Below, piece by piece: positions 12,071 to 25,203 of a DNA stretch of 64,000 bases (positions are counted from its first letter, which is position 1; every line of letters begins with the position of its first letter). This DNA is from Basidiobolus meristosporus CBS 931.73 (taxonomy: Eukaryota > Fungi > Basidiobolomycota): assembly GCA_002104905.1 (NCBI GenBank), contig MCFE01000100.1, positions 1-64,000 on the forward strand, written 5' to 3'. A model generated the notes under the pieces. It worked only from the letters and a program-made list of their open reading frames with translations, had not been told where the DNA came from and did no database searches. The position numbers and the translations under genes are program-made.

Positions 12071-13200
12071 CTAGATCAATGATACTTTTGTTCTTGCGAG
12101 TCCACCACGGAAGTTCTTGATAGGCTGGGGTGTTCTCTGCAACCTTCTGAATGCCTCGTGGATGTGTTGAGGCTGCAGCGGTGTTTGTTCCGATGGAGGC
12201 GGCGAAAACAAAAAGCCCTCTGGTTCTCGTGGGTGATTTTCCTTTTTCCCGTCCATCTTATCTTTCAAATCATTGTCATGTTTGATGTACAGGGCCGTTT
12301 CCGTCAATGTGTTGACCATTTCAAATGTTAAAAACCCAAGGATATCGATGATGTCATCGTTGGGCTTGATGTCAATATATGCCGCCATATTGGCCCATTC
12401 ACGGAATCTTTTAGCCTTACGATATGTGAATGATGCCTGTCGACATTCAGAGTAGTGCACGTATTCATCTCTAGTCATGGCGCGCGTGATTTCATCCGCA
12501 TCCTATTGTTTATATATGTAATATTATAAATTAGTTTGATATTGCTTCCTAGGCTTTCATGCAAAAGACACTTGCCTTGAGGCGTTGCAATGTGTCAGCA
12601 TAGGCCTCTCGTTCATCTTCGTCATTTTCGTCGTCGTCGTCGTTCAAGGCGTCGAGGAAGGAGCTAGCAAGCTCCCAGCTCAACTTCACGTTCATTCGTT
12701 TCGCCTTTGGTTTATCTGCTGAATCTCCAGCGTTTGGATCCTCCAGCATTTCTTCGGCGGCATCGTTACCTCCGGAATCCTTGACATTCTTACGGATGTC
12801 TTTCCAGCTCAAATAGGTTCGCAATCTATTTACTTTGGCTCTGTCTCGTCTAATGAGAAAGATCAAATCCTCTGCATTCATATTTTTTGATCCTCGTTTC
12901 TGCGCTTGGGCAGCAGCTAAAATGATCTTGACTGGTGTGAGGATAGATAGAAGAAAGCGATAAGATAGGATATTTACAATTTCAATCACTTGCGAGCGGA
13001 CAATATCCTCCACTAACATCGTGGTTTCTGGTAAAGGGTCCGCCACCTCACCAAAAACGAACATCATTTGTTGGATTTCGGAAGTGTATTTATACCTCGA
13101 TTGCTGCAAAAAAACAAATGTTTAGAAGGGGCTGCAAAGTTTTCGAGTTTTCCAACATTCTTACTTGCTTTTCCCTTTCTTTACTCTTAGGATCGACCAT
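12071..13200 (-). CDS. SPT3: SAGA histone-fold subunit Spt3 (TAF13/Spt3 family)
   Basis: Exon 1 MVDPKSKEREKQ (13200-13165), then KYTSEIQQMMFVFGE, EDLIFLIR, MTRDEYVHYSECRQASFT, DILGFLTFEMV, LQPQHIHEAFRRLQ. Confidence 0.94.
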
Positions 13201-13596
13201 TTTGTAGAGCGGATTGTGTTTGGCAGCACCTTGGGCAAATAAGGGGTTTGGCTTGATCGGTTTTCAGAGAATTTACTGCGCCAAATTGATTATATCCCTT
13301 CTCAGTATTTAGGGTTAAGTTGTGCAATCAGAAAGTCCAAGTTTGAGTTATTGTTAAACGGCAGATTTTGTTTTCAATCCAGGAATTAAATCAAGATTGG
13401 AGTGAAATACAAGCGGGGGGCTGATTGGCTTCGAAACCCCAAAAATCCATCAGTATTCAGGGCGAGGATCAATATAAATCATATTCTGAATTCGGGACCA
13501 AAACCACAAGGTGAAGAGAGCATTTATATGATGAGGCTGAAGGAGGCACTGCAGTAAAAGTAAGCGGGTTGCTACACATTGTGTAATGGAGTATTC

Positions 13597-13982
13597 ATGG
13601 ACGAAGCATTACTACGATGGCCGCTCATAATGCATAAGCTAGTATTAACCAGTATTGGGAATACCCGAGGATACGTCAGCTCGAGGTACTTCATTTGTAA
13701 ACGTAAGCAACCATGCTTGATGAAGGCTTAGTATGTATATGCATAGAGCGGATCATGCTACATAATTATTAGCGATATGTGTTGCGACTAACAAACCTCA
13801 TGCTGGTTCTAGCTTACACAACCCATGCCTCTTTTCGTCGACAATTGGAGTATCATGCTCATGCTGATTGGAAGAGAATCGAAGAGATTCATTGGGCAGA
13901 ATGGGATAGTTTCCACATCCACCAGAATAGGACAATTTCCACTGGCAATTTCACCTTATTCATATTGGCAATGCTTTCGTAA
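13597..13982 (+). CDS. Possible small two-exon ORF of about 92 aa, unknown function
   Basis: ATG 13597, donor GTAAGC 13703, branch GACTAAC, acceptor TTCTAG at 13812. Splicing keeps the frame open to TAA at 13980-13982. No recognisable domain. Confidence 0.25.
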
Positions 13983-14734
13983 TGTGCTTCTCCACAAATG
14001 ATACTCGTTCGACTAGCAGTTTGGGGACCATCCAGCGGCCCATACGTGATTGGCCCTTCGATCGAGTTAGTCAGTTAGGGAGTTGAGTGAGATTATTTAC
14101 AGCTCAGGGCCAATGGTGTGTTTCATCTAGGAGTGATCCAACAGGGGTGCTGGGCAATTTGTCCCACAGTGTGAATTATATGGGTTGATTTTTCTTTCAC
14201 ATGAACCTCAGCGTGTCTCCTATCTAAAAGTTTGTCGAGTCTCCAAACGCTTGTACTTCACCAAACCTACTCTTTTTCATACAACCCACACTTAAATCCA
14301 TTAAACTCGTTATACTTTATCTCGAGCGTTTTATAATCAACCATCCATCATATTTCCCTGTCTCTATTTGACTTTTACTGCTGTTCTTGTTTTTATATTG
14401 ACTTACCTTCTCCCTTTGTTAAGCTTGTGAGCAATCCGTTCTGATGTGAGTTCATTCATCTGATTAGATTTCCACTGAGAATTGTTCGTGCGGTCGGCTT
14501 TTTTGCTTCACAATATTCACAACAAGGGTTTCTCAACACTGTATCTGATCGGTTTCTATTTTTCTCATCAACAGCTGCCTTGTACAAAGAATCATCCACA
14601 AGCAGTCTTCGTCAACGAAAGCGTATTCAACCGAAAGCAACTCTCCTTCCATAAGCCTGTCTAGATTATACTACAACTGCGAAAAGCTCGATTTTTCCGC
14701 GTTTTATTATCAACCACCCCACTTATAAAACACG

Positions 14735-16270
14735 ATGGCCTCTCAAAACAACTTCAACGGTCAATACCCATCGTAAGTAAGCTCCTTTTAGTCCTTCCGC
14801 TAGCATCGTATTCAATGTCATTCTTTTAGCCACGATAATGACAACTGGAAGAAGACCTTGGCGCTTCCGCCAAAAGATAGCCGTCCTCAGACCGAGGTAC
14901 ATAGTAACGTAATCCCCCATTGTAGCCTCCTTTGCTCAACCTGGATAACTAGGATGTAACCGCCACCAAAGGCAACGAATTCGAAGATTATTTTTTGAAA
15001 CGCGAGCTATTAATGGGAATCTTCGAAGCCGGATTTGAACGTCCTTCCCCGATTCAAGAAGAAGCCATCCCGATCGCATTAACCGGAAGAGATGTCCTCG
15101 CTAGAGCAAAAAATGGAACCGGTAAAACCGCCGCCTTCGTCATTCCATCCTTAGAAAAAGTCAACACCAAGCTGTCCAAAATCCAGGCTCTTCTGCTCGT
15201 CCCCACTAGAGAATTGGCTCTTCAAACCTCGCAAGTGTGTAAAACTCTCGGTAAACATATGGGGGTTCAAGTTATGGTCACCACTGGTGGTACCACATTG
15301 AAAGACGATATCATGAGACTTCAAGAAAATGTACACGTGTTGGTCGGTACCCCTGGCCGTATTTTAGATTTGGCCGGCAAGGGAGTTGCTGATTTCAGCG
15401 AATGCCCCACCTTCGTCATGGATGAGGCCGACAAGCTTCTAAGTCCCGAGTTCTCGCCCGTTGTTGAGCAACTTTTAACTTTCTTCCCCAAAGACCGTCA
15501 AATCATGTTGTTCAGTGCTACTTTCCCCATTATCGTCAAGCATTTTAAGGTAACTTTGAACGACCATTGGTTGGTGTCAGAAGAACGGCTGCTCATTTCC
15601 CATTGTTGACTAGGATCGTCACATGACCAAGCCTTACGAGATCAATCTTATGGACGAACTAACCCTTCGTGGTGTTACCCAGTATTATGCTTTTGTGGAG
15701 GAGCGTCAGAAAGTCCATTGTTTAAATACTCTCTTTTCCAAACTCCAGATCAACCAATCCATCATTTTCTGTAATTCTACCAACCGTGTCGAGTTGCTTG
15801 CCAAAAAGATCACGCAGCTTGGCTACTCCTGTTTCTACAGCCATGCTAAAATGCTGCAAAGCCATCGTAATAGAGTGTTCCACGATTTCCGTAACGGCGT
15901 GTGTCGTAATCTAGTCTGCTCCGATCTGCTGACCCGTGGTATTGATATCCAGGCAGTGAATGTTGTCATCAACTTCGACTTCCCCAAGAACGCCGAGACC
16001 TATCTTCATCGTATTGGACGTAGTGGCAGATTTGGTCATCTTGGTTTGGCTATCAATCTAATCACCTATGAAGATCGTTTCAATCTGTATAAGATTGAAC
16101 AGGAGCTCGGCACCGAAATCCAACCCATCCCTCCTGTCATCGACAAACGTTTGTATGTTGCACCCAGTGCTTTAGAGGATGCTTCTGAAGCTCAGCAACA
16201 GCAGCAGCAGCAGCAGCAGAGCGCTAACAAGCAACCTCAGCAAGCCCCTCCCGTTCAGCCTCAATTTTAT

Positions 16271-16303
<33 letters not shown>

Positions 16304-16543
16304 TTCCAGCGTCAACAACTCCCTCCTCATGCGTATCAGCAACATCCCCCGCAATATCCTCAATTCCAGCAGCAACCTCCACCAATGTCGCAACAGCCCT
16401 ATGCACCTCAACCCCCAGCCCAGTTCCAGGGACAGCAGGGCAGAATGAACAACATGGGGTATTCTCAGCAAAACCAACAGCCCCCACACGATGGCAGATC
16501 AGGACAAGGAATGAACGGTGGTGGTCTGAGAGCCTTCTCTTAA
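14735..16543 (+). CDS. DHH1: DEAD-box RNA helicase Dhh1/DDX6 with Q/P-rich C-terminal tail
   Basis: Q motif [40 protein letters not shown]; multi-exon; ATG 14735 followed by a GTAAGT donor. Confidence 0.97.
16192..16303 (+). repeat. CAG/CAA trinucleotide runs encoding polyglutamine in DHH1
   Basis: Two poly-Q runs (Q9 and Q11) are visible in the translated tail. Confidence 0.9.
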
Positions 16544-17094
16544 GTCATGTGATTTTGAGCGGTTGCTGAATTCCTCATCAATTTCTTCCTTGTTCGATAT
16601 ATATTCTTTCAGTTTCTTCCCCTTTTCCCTTTCATTTGTACCTGTTCTCCGATCGTGTAAAACTCGTTTTAATTTTTCGGGGAACCTTTTGATTTTCCTT
16701 GGCCAGTTTCTTCAATCTATCAACAGCGTAACCATAACAGTTGGCTCTTGATTTGGGATTCATCGCTCGTTCGTCCACCTTTCGCTACCCCTAACCTTGA
16801 TTCACCTTCATCCTTACTGTCGCCCTGCCACCTTTCCTCTTGTTAGCGCTCCACTCTTTTGAAGCCACCAGCTCCGTAGTCGCTTCAATCCAAACACTAA
16901 TATTGGATACTAAATCGATATTGGTCTCCGATTCAACTCTAAATGATCCTTCCCTGAGAATAAACCATTTGGATTAGAGTCAAATTATGGGAACTTCACA
17001 TCCGTTACCGTTTATTGGTCGGAATGATCCAAGGTTTATTTGTTCAAAAATGGGTGGTTTAATCTAGACTATCAAATAGTGACATGATCGTGCT

Positions 17095-19194
17095 CTAATC
17101 GTCGTTACCAAGACCGAGGACCTGAGCAAAGTTGAAGAAGATCTCGGTGTTGTCCATCACGCGACCGAAAAGATGAGCTCCTGGTCCACTCGCAAACACT
17201 GGTACGTCTTGTAGCGAGTGAACTCCTTGTGATTCACTAACGGGCAAGTTGCCAGTACGGTGAAGTGCGCCTTCCGCCTCATCGGGGTTGGCAATGTAGC
17301 TATCGTAGGCTGGCTTGTGTGAGTGAGTGCCCTTGTCAAGGATGGCTGGGTTCTTGACCCTGGTGGTGTTCAGCTGGAACGTCTCGTGATAGTTGGGGAA
17401 GTTGACAGTGCCAGCAGCCAGGGTGACTCGAGGGGTCCAGTTGTCAGGGAAGCCATCGCCATCCTCATCCTTGTACCCGGGCCAACCAGCAGTCTCGTAG
17501 ATTCCAATCGCCCCACGCTTCTCGATCTGAGTGCCAGACTCGTCATTGTCAGGGGCGGCATTGAAGAACTCGGTGTCAACTGTGCCATACACATCGAATC
17601 CATGTCCGTGATCAGCAGTGACCACGACAAGGGTGTCAGGGTCGTTCTTCTTGACCCACTCGAGGGCTGCCTTCACTGCATTGTCGAGTTCCAGGAGATC
17701 GGCAAGACCACGATGGAAGTCCAATGGGTGCATCATCTTGTCGATGCTGGCTGCCTCGATCATGGCGAAGAACCCGCCATTGCCACCTCGCTTCTTCAAG
17801 GTGTTCAGTGCGGTGATGGTCATATCGACCAAGTTGGGCTGGTCAAGAGCGTCACTTCCATCGCCAAGAGGCGAGCTCTTCTTGCCCTTGAGGTTGTCCT
17901 TGTAGACATTACGATCAAGCCACACATCCATGTTGCCCTTGTGGAAGATGCCCAACAACGGATCTTTGTTGTTGTGCTTCAGGAGATCGGTCTTGCTGTG
18001 GACCACGTTGTAGCCGCCTTCCTTGCGGAAGATGTCGTAGTAGTTGGCCTTGTTGAGTGACTTTCCTGGAAGGAAGTACGAGCCACCACCACCAAGCAGG
18101 ACATCAGGACGCACAGGGACCGAGAAGTTCTTCACTCCGTGGATGAAGAAGTCGGTGATCTCAGCCTTGGTTCCTCTGCGACGAGTGTGGCTGACCACGG
18201 CTGCCGGGGTGGCATCCTGCACCTCAGCAGTGGTCACGACACCGATGGCTGCCGGTCCTCCTTGCTTCTTCTCTCTGCGACGCAACAACTCGGCCAAGAG
18301 CTCTTGCTTGGGATCATCGAATGGATCATCCGAGGTATCGGCATACACCCCGAGGCCATTCACCGACGACTTGTGACCAGTGTTGTATGCTGAGGCACTG
18401 TTGGCAGAGTCGGTGATCAAGGCATCCAATCCACATGGAATGACGTGGCCCATCTCCTCCATTCTGTCCATCTGCATCCACTTCTGGTACTTTCCGTTGA
18501 CATTCTTGCGTGAGATCACTCTGGCCGCACTGATCATGGGGGTGGTCATACCATCACCAATGAAGAATATCGCATTCTTGGCAATGCGCTTCTTGAACTG
18601 GCTCTTGCGGACCTTCCACAGTGCTTCCGTCTTCTCCCCGTTGTTATACTTGACGGTGACCTTGAAGTCGCCAGAGTGACGGAAGGAAGCTCTACGCCAT
18701 ACTTTAGATACTACATTAACCGGAATGGATGCCTGCTTGTCACCAGTTTGTCCTTTCCAAAAGTGATTGGCATCAGGGAAGTATGTGAAGTTCCATGACT
18801 CCAATGGGGCAGGCTCCAAGCGGAGGTACTGAACCAGAGGGACAGGCTTGGATTCGCTTACAATCTTCCCATCATCATTCAGACGAACTTTGGCAATGGA
18901 GACCTCGAACTCGGGGTTTGGTTTACCCGCAGTTTTACCTGGGCCGGAGGCCTCATCGTGAATCTCAACTCTGACGTCAAACTTGGCGCCTAGGAGCATC
19001 TCTGCGCTAGAGTGACAATAGCGTTTAGTTAATTATGAATGCATGACTAGTCATGTAGAAAGAGTATACCTTGTAGGGGGGAAAATACAAGCCTTATCAG
19101 GACATCCAGGGTGTCTGGTAAACTGATCCGATTGGACCTGATTCAAAAGAGCGCTGAGAGTGGCCAAGAGGAGAAGGGATTTCGAGTTGAGCAT
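17095..19194 (-). CDS. Secreted alkaline phosphatase, array copy AP1
   Basis: Signal-peptide exon 19194-19070, intron 19069-19007, large exon to 17095. AP motifs FIGDGM, TDSANSASA (Ser nucleophile), DATPAA, HTRRR, EAASIDKMMH, TADHGH, GVHS. Confidence 0.96.
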
Positions 19195-19617
19195 TGTTTC
19201 CAAGAAGTACAAGTGTGAAGATCTGGAGGACTCGCGGAACTTACTTATATCTAACTTCGAAATCTCACTATACCAATCATATGAACCATTTGCGACACGC
19301 CGTCAAGATATCAAAAGTCTGTAGCCACAAATACCTTATTTTCCAAGGGAACAGGAGCAAAGTGGCCAGCAGCCGTAGAGTCAGTTGCCACCCGGTGCAA
19401 CACGAATTCTTTATATTGATGCAAGAAGCAAATGAGATGGCTGCTTTGGCACATGCTCCAAATGAGAGTATCGGATCAATTGTAGCATAAACATGAGATC
19501 TTCGACCATCTGAGTGGTTTCGAATTCAATTCGATTGGAATCTCCAGATCAATCATCTTGTATTCACCCTAAAATTGTCCGCGGCAAATCTACTCGCGTT
19601 AGATAGCATGTGCCCAC

Positions 19618-19623
19618 CACGTT
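19618..19623. promoter_or_regulatory. CACGTT, Pho4/NUC-1-type box upstream of AP1
   Basis: Motif about 425 bp upstream of the AP1 ATG. Confidence 0.5.
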
Positions 19624-19764
19624 GATGGATTATTGGTACTAGTCAATTGCTTCACTAGGTGATGGGATTTCTCAGGGGATGGATGAAATTTATTTAACAA
19701 AAAAGTAACAGCTTGACTTATTCAGCCTGTTCGGCCTCAAGGACTCGGGTGCTTCAAATGCGAT

Positions 19765-21877
19765 CTAACTGTCTTGCCCAAGTCCGAGAACTTCGGCAAA
19801 GTTGAAGAAGATCTCGGTGTTGTCCATCACGCGACCGAAAAGATGAGCTCCTGGCCCACTGGCAAATACTGGCACATCTTGTAGCGAGTGAACTCCTTGT
19901 GACTGAGTAACTGGTAAGTTACCAGTACGGTGAAGTGCGCCTTCCGCCTCATCGGGGTTGGCAATGTAGCTATCGTAGGCTGGCTTGTGTGAGTGAGTGC
20001 CCTTGTCAAGAATGGCTGGGTTCTTGACCCTGGTGGTGTTCAGCTGGAACGTCTCGTGATAGTTGGGGAAGTTGACAGTGCCAGCAGCCAGGGTGACTCG
20101 AGGGGTCCAGTTGTCAGGGAAGCCATCGCCATCCTCATCCTTGTACCCGGGCCAACCAGCAGTCTCGTAGATTCCAATGGCCCCACGCTTCTCGATCTGA
20201 GTGCCAGACTCGTCATTGTCAGGGGCGGCATTGAAGAACTCGGTGTCAACTGTGCCATACACATCGAATCCATGCCCATGATCGGCAGTGACCACGACAA
20301 GGGTGTCAGGGTCGTTCTTCTTGACCCACTCGAGGGCTGCCTTCACTGCATTGTCGAGTTCCAGGAGATCGGCAAGACCACGATGGAAGTCCAGTGGGTG
20401 CATCATCTTGTCGATGCTGGCTGCCTCGATCATGGCGAAGAACCCACCATTGCCACCTCGCTTCTTCAAGGTGTTCAGTGCGGTGATGGTCATATCGACC
20501 AAGTTGGGCTGGTCAAGAGCGTCACTTCCATCGCCAAGAGGCGAGCTCTTTTTGCCCTTGAGGTTGTCCTTGTAGACATTACGATCAAGCCACACATCCA
20601 TGTTGCCCTTGTGGAAGATGCCCAACAACGGATCTTTGTTGTTGTGCTTCAGGAGGTCGGTCTTGCTGTGGACCACGTTGTAGCCGCCTTCCTTGCGGAA
20701 GATGTCATAGTAGTTGGCCTTGTTGAGTGACTTTCCTGGAAGGAAGTACGAGCCGCCACCACCAAGCAGGACATCAGGACGCACAGGGACCGAGAAGTTC
20801 TTCACTCCGTGGATGAAGAAGTCGGTGATCTCAGCCTTAGTATCTCGAATACGAGTATGACTGACTACTGCAGCTGGTGTAGCATCCTGTACCTCAGCAG
20901 TGGTCACGACACCGATGGCTGCCGGTCCCCCTTGCTTCTTCTCTCTGCGACGCAACAACTCGGCCAAAAGCTCTTGCTTGGGATCATCAAAGAAATCAGG
21001 AGATGAATCGCCATATACACCAAGTCCACTGACAGATGACTTGTGACCAGTGTTGTATGCTGAGGCACTGTTGGCAGAGTCGGTGATCAAGGCATCCAAT
21101 CCACATGGAATGACGTGGCCCATCTCCTCCATTCTGTCCATCTGCATCCACTTCTGGTACTTTCCGTTGACATTCTTGCGAGAGATCACTCTGGCCGCAC
21201 TGATCATGGGGGTGGTCATACCATCACCAATGAAGAAGATTACGTTCTTTGCGATGCGCTTCTTGAACCGATTCTTGCGGACCTTCCACAGTGCCTCGGT
21301 TTTTTCCCCATTGTTGTAGTTGACGGTGACCTTGAAGTCACCGGAGTGACGGAAGGAAGCTCTACGCCATACTTTGGATACCACATTCACTGGGGTGGCA
21401 GCTGCAGGGTCACCACTCTTACCCTGCCCCTTCCAAAAGTGAGCAGCATCCTGGAAATAGGTAAAATTCCACGACTCAAGGGGTACAGGATCCAATCGGA
21501 GGTAAGTCTCAAGTGGGACTGGCTTGGACTCCCGGACTATTTCGCCATCGTCATTCAGACGAACCTTCGAAATGGTGACTTCAAAATTGGGGTTTGGTGT
21601 GCCAGCGACTCCTCCAGGGGCTGGTGCTTCTTCGTGGACTTCTACCCTGACATCGAACTTAGCTCCTAGGAGCATATCCGCGCTGTAAAACCGACCAGCT
21701 GTGAGAAGATCCCAGTGGCAAAGGAGAAAAAATAGTAAAGGAAAAGTACCTAGTAGGAGGAAAGATACATGCTTTATCTGGGCAACCCGGCAATCTGGTG
21801 AACTGGTCCGATACGGCGGGAGTGCTCAGAAGACTGAGAGCACTAATCAAAGCCAAAGCTTTATAGGCAGCAGACAT
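19765..21877 (-). CDS. Secreted alkaline phosphatase, array copy AP2 (most divergent)
   Basis: ATG 21877 (MSAAYKALALISALSLLSTPAVSDQF), one intron, same catalytic motifs; variant segments GDSSPDFF and HTRIRDT. Confidence 0.96.
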
Positions 21878-22507
21878 TACAATATTCACTTCTGTGATGA
21901 GATGTTTGAACATTCACAACCGTCAGGTCCTATTTATATGGAGGATGCATCTCTCCACGGAGCTGTGCATGGCCCTACTTGGTATGGTGTGAGGCTTCAA
22001 CGAATCTTTTTTGGTTAGATCACCAAAATATACTTTCGATATGGCCATTTTTTGAACTTGGTGCGTTATATTGAAACCTTAATCAACCGCCAATCGCAGA
22101 AGCTGGTGGGACGAGAATGAAGGATACTGTTTTGAACCACCGATAGCCGTAGCAGCATGTAAATCGTACAGACAAATGATAGGCTCAAATCTCACCACAA
22201 AATTTTGGGAGTTACATCTACCAACTTGGAAGTAAGGTAGAGTATTTCTATTGTAGGGTTTGGAAGTATCACCCGTGAGGTCGAATGTTATCGCAAAGAA
22301 CGTTCGGTGGACGTTGAAGAGTAATGGGCCATCACAATGATCATACGGGACCCTGAATCAACGCCATTGTTGTTTGGGTAGACATCCGTCATGGTCAGAT
22401 TTTGCCTGTGTGACCGAGAGAACATTTCGAAGTTCTTTGAAAATCGGGTGGGAAATTGATCCCAGCACAATAGTTGGATTTCATGTGCTATCGTGAAGAT
22501 CAACCGG

Positions 22508-22513
22508 CACGTT
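22508..22513. promoter_or_regulatory. GCACGTTG, Pho4/NUC-1-type box upstream of AP2
   Basis: Motif about 630 bp upstream of the AP2 ATG. Confidence 0.5.
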
Positions 22514-22716
22514 GGGTACCTAAAATTTTTCTCAAGTTACCGATCACAAAGCCAATCATCTACAAATGGTCCAATGTCTCAGTAACATGGCATCCTCGCC
22601 AATGGATTATTTATTAGCTCTGTATAATTCATGAAATCAAGTATATAGATTCCTCTAGACTGTTTTCCTGCTCTGACTTCCCTCAATTACTCAATATTAT
22701 AAACCGGTTCACTTAG

Positions 22717-24885
22717 TTACTGATCTTGTCCAAGGCCAAGGGCTTCTGCAAAGTTGAAGAAGATCTCGGTGTTGTCCATCACGCGACCGAAAAGATGGGC
22801 TCCTGGTCCACTCGCAAACACTGGTACGTCTTGTAGCGAGTGAACTCCTTGTGATTCACTAACGGGCAAGTTGCCAGTACGGTGAAGTGCGCCTTCCGCC
22901 TCATCGGGGTTGGCAATGTAGCTATCATAGGCTGGCTTGTGTGAGTGAGTACCCTTGTCAAGGATGGCTGGGTTCTTGACCCTGGTGGTGTTCAGCTGGA
23001 ACGTCTCGTGATAGTTGGGGAAGTTGACAGTGCCAGCAGCCAGGGTGACTCGAGGGGTCCAGTTGTCAGGGAAGCCGTCACCATCCTCATCCTTGTACCC
23101 AGGCCAACCAGCAGTCTCGTAGATCCCAATGGCCCCACGCTTCTCGATCTGAGTGCCAGACTCGTCATTGTCAGGGGCGGCATTGAAGAACTCGGTGTCA
23201 ACTGTGCCATACACATCGAATCCATGTCCGTGATCAGCAGTGACCACGACAAGGGTGTCAGGGTCGTTCTTCTTGACCCACTCGAGGGCTGCCTTCACTG
23301 CATTGTCGAGTTCCAGGAGATCAGCAAGACCACGATGGAAGTCCAATGGGTGCATCATCTTGTCGATGCTGGCTGCCTCGATCATGGCGAAGAACCCACC
23401 ATTGCCACCTCGTTTCTTCAAGGTGTTCAGTGCGGTGATGGTCATATCGACCAAGTTGGGCTGGTCAAGAGCGTCACTTCCATCGCCAAGAGGCGAGCTC
23501 TTCTTGCCCTTGAGGTTGTCCTTGTAGACATTACGATCAAGCCACACATCCATGTTGCCCTTGTGGAAGATGCCCAACAACGGATCTTTGTTGTTGTGCT
23601 TCAGGAGGTCGGTCTTGCTGTGGACCACGTTGTAGCCGCCTTCCTTGCGGAAGATGTCATAGTAGTTGGTCTTGTTGAGTGACTTTCCTGGAAGGAAGTA
23701 CGAGCCACCACCACCAAGCAGGACATCAGGACGCACAGGGACCGAGAAGTTCTTCACTCCGTGGATGAAGAAGTCGGTGATCTCAGCCTTGGTTCCTCTG
23801 CGACGAGTGTGGCTGACCACGGCTGCCGGGGTGGCATCCTGCACCTCAGCAGTGGTCACGACACCGATGGCTGCCGGTCCTCCTTGCTTCTTCTCTCTGC
23901 GACGCAACAACTCGGCCAAGAGCTCTTGCTTGGGATCATCGAATGGATCATCCGAGGTATCGGCATACACCCCGAGGCCATTCACCGACGACTTGTGACC
24001 AGTGTTGTATGCTGAGGCACTGTTGGCAGAGTCGGTGATCAAGGCATCCAATCCACATGGAATGACGTGGCCCATCTCCTCCATTCTGTCCATCTGCATC
24101 CACTTCTGGTACTTTCCGTTGACATTCTTGCGGGAGATCACTCTGGCCGCACTGATCATGGGGGTGGTCATACCATCACCAATGAAGAATATCGCATTCT
24201 TGGCAATGCGCTTCTTGAACTGGCTCTTGCGGACCTTCCACAGTGCCTCCGTCTTCTCCCCGTTGTTATACTTGACGGTGACCTTGAAGTCGCCAGAGTG
24301 ACGGAAGGAAGCTCTGCGCCACACCTTGGACACCACATTCACCGGGGTAGAGGCCGAGCTGACCCCTCCGTTGTGAGTGTGGTCCGCGTTCTCCACTGCC
24401 CCTCCTTGGCCCTTCCAGAAGTGTGCGGCATCCTGGAAGTATGTGAAGTTCCACGACTCCAGAGGGGCTGGCTCCAGTCGGAGATACTGCTCTAACGGGA
24501 CTGGCTTGGACTCCTGAATGACCTTGCCATCATCATTCAGATGAACCTTGGCAATGCTGATCTCGAAGTTGGGGTTAGGCTTGCCAGCAACTCCTCCGGG
24601 GGCTTTGGCCTCCTCGTGGATCTCCACTCTGACGTCGAACTTGGCACCCAAGAGCATTTCAGCACTGTATCAGAGTGAGTGGCGGTTAGTGTATCTACTC
24701 CACATACCGGTAGAAACTGGTGTCTTGGCAACCAGTAATGGATTGAATGGTACATACCTTGTAGGGGGAAGGATACAAGCCTTATCGGGACAACCTGGGA
24801 ATCGGGTGAACTGATCGGCAACGACACTAGTGCTCAAGGCACTCAGAGTAGCCAACAAGGCAACCGCTTTCAATCCTGTGAGCAT
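22717..24885 (-). CDS. Secreted alkaline phosphatase, array copy AP3
   Basis: ATG 24885 (MLTGLKAVALLATLSALSTSVVADQF), one intron, 646-aa second-exon ORF with all AP motifs. Confidence 0.96.
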
Positions 24886-25144
24886 GTCGTTGAGGAGCTA
24901 GTGTTTATTCGCGAGGAATATTGCTTCTGCCCACTTCGAGTGCGGGTTCTTATACCGACATCAAGTTCAAGCCAACGAACGACAGTGCGACTTACCAGCA
25001 TGTGGTTCTACAAGAAATATATCTGTTGAACATTCGCAACAGCCCTGATCCAGTGAAGAGTCACTTCAACTCGAGATATCGGATGCCTAATAAGGTTATG
25101 GGTGATATACACCACCTGTATCACCATGCTTGACTCATGGTTCA

Positions 25145-25203
25145 CACGTTGACCAACCCAATTTCGATGCGAATCAATCTTTTATCACTGCATCCTTCAC
25201 GTT
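25145..25203. promoter_or_regulatory. Two CACGTT boxes upstream of AP3
   Basis: 25145-25150 and 25198-25203. Confidence 0.55.

Noticed and set aside
13528-13541. ATGATGA followed by CTGA (C/D snoRNA boxes)
   Set aside because: The boxes are only 2 nt apart, with no guide region, distal D box or terminal stem.
16172-16489. Poly-Leu and poly-Ala/Val ORFs on the minus strand
   Set aside because: Antisense and alternative-frame readings of the DHH1 CAG/CAA repeats.
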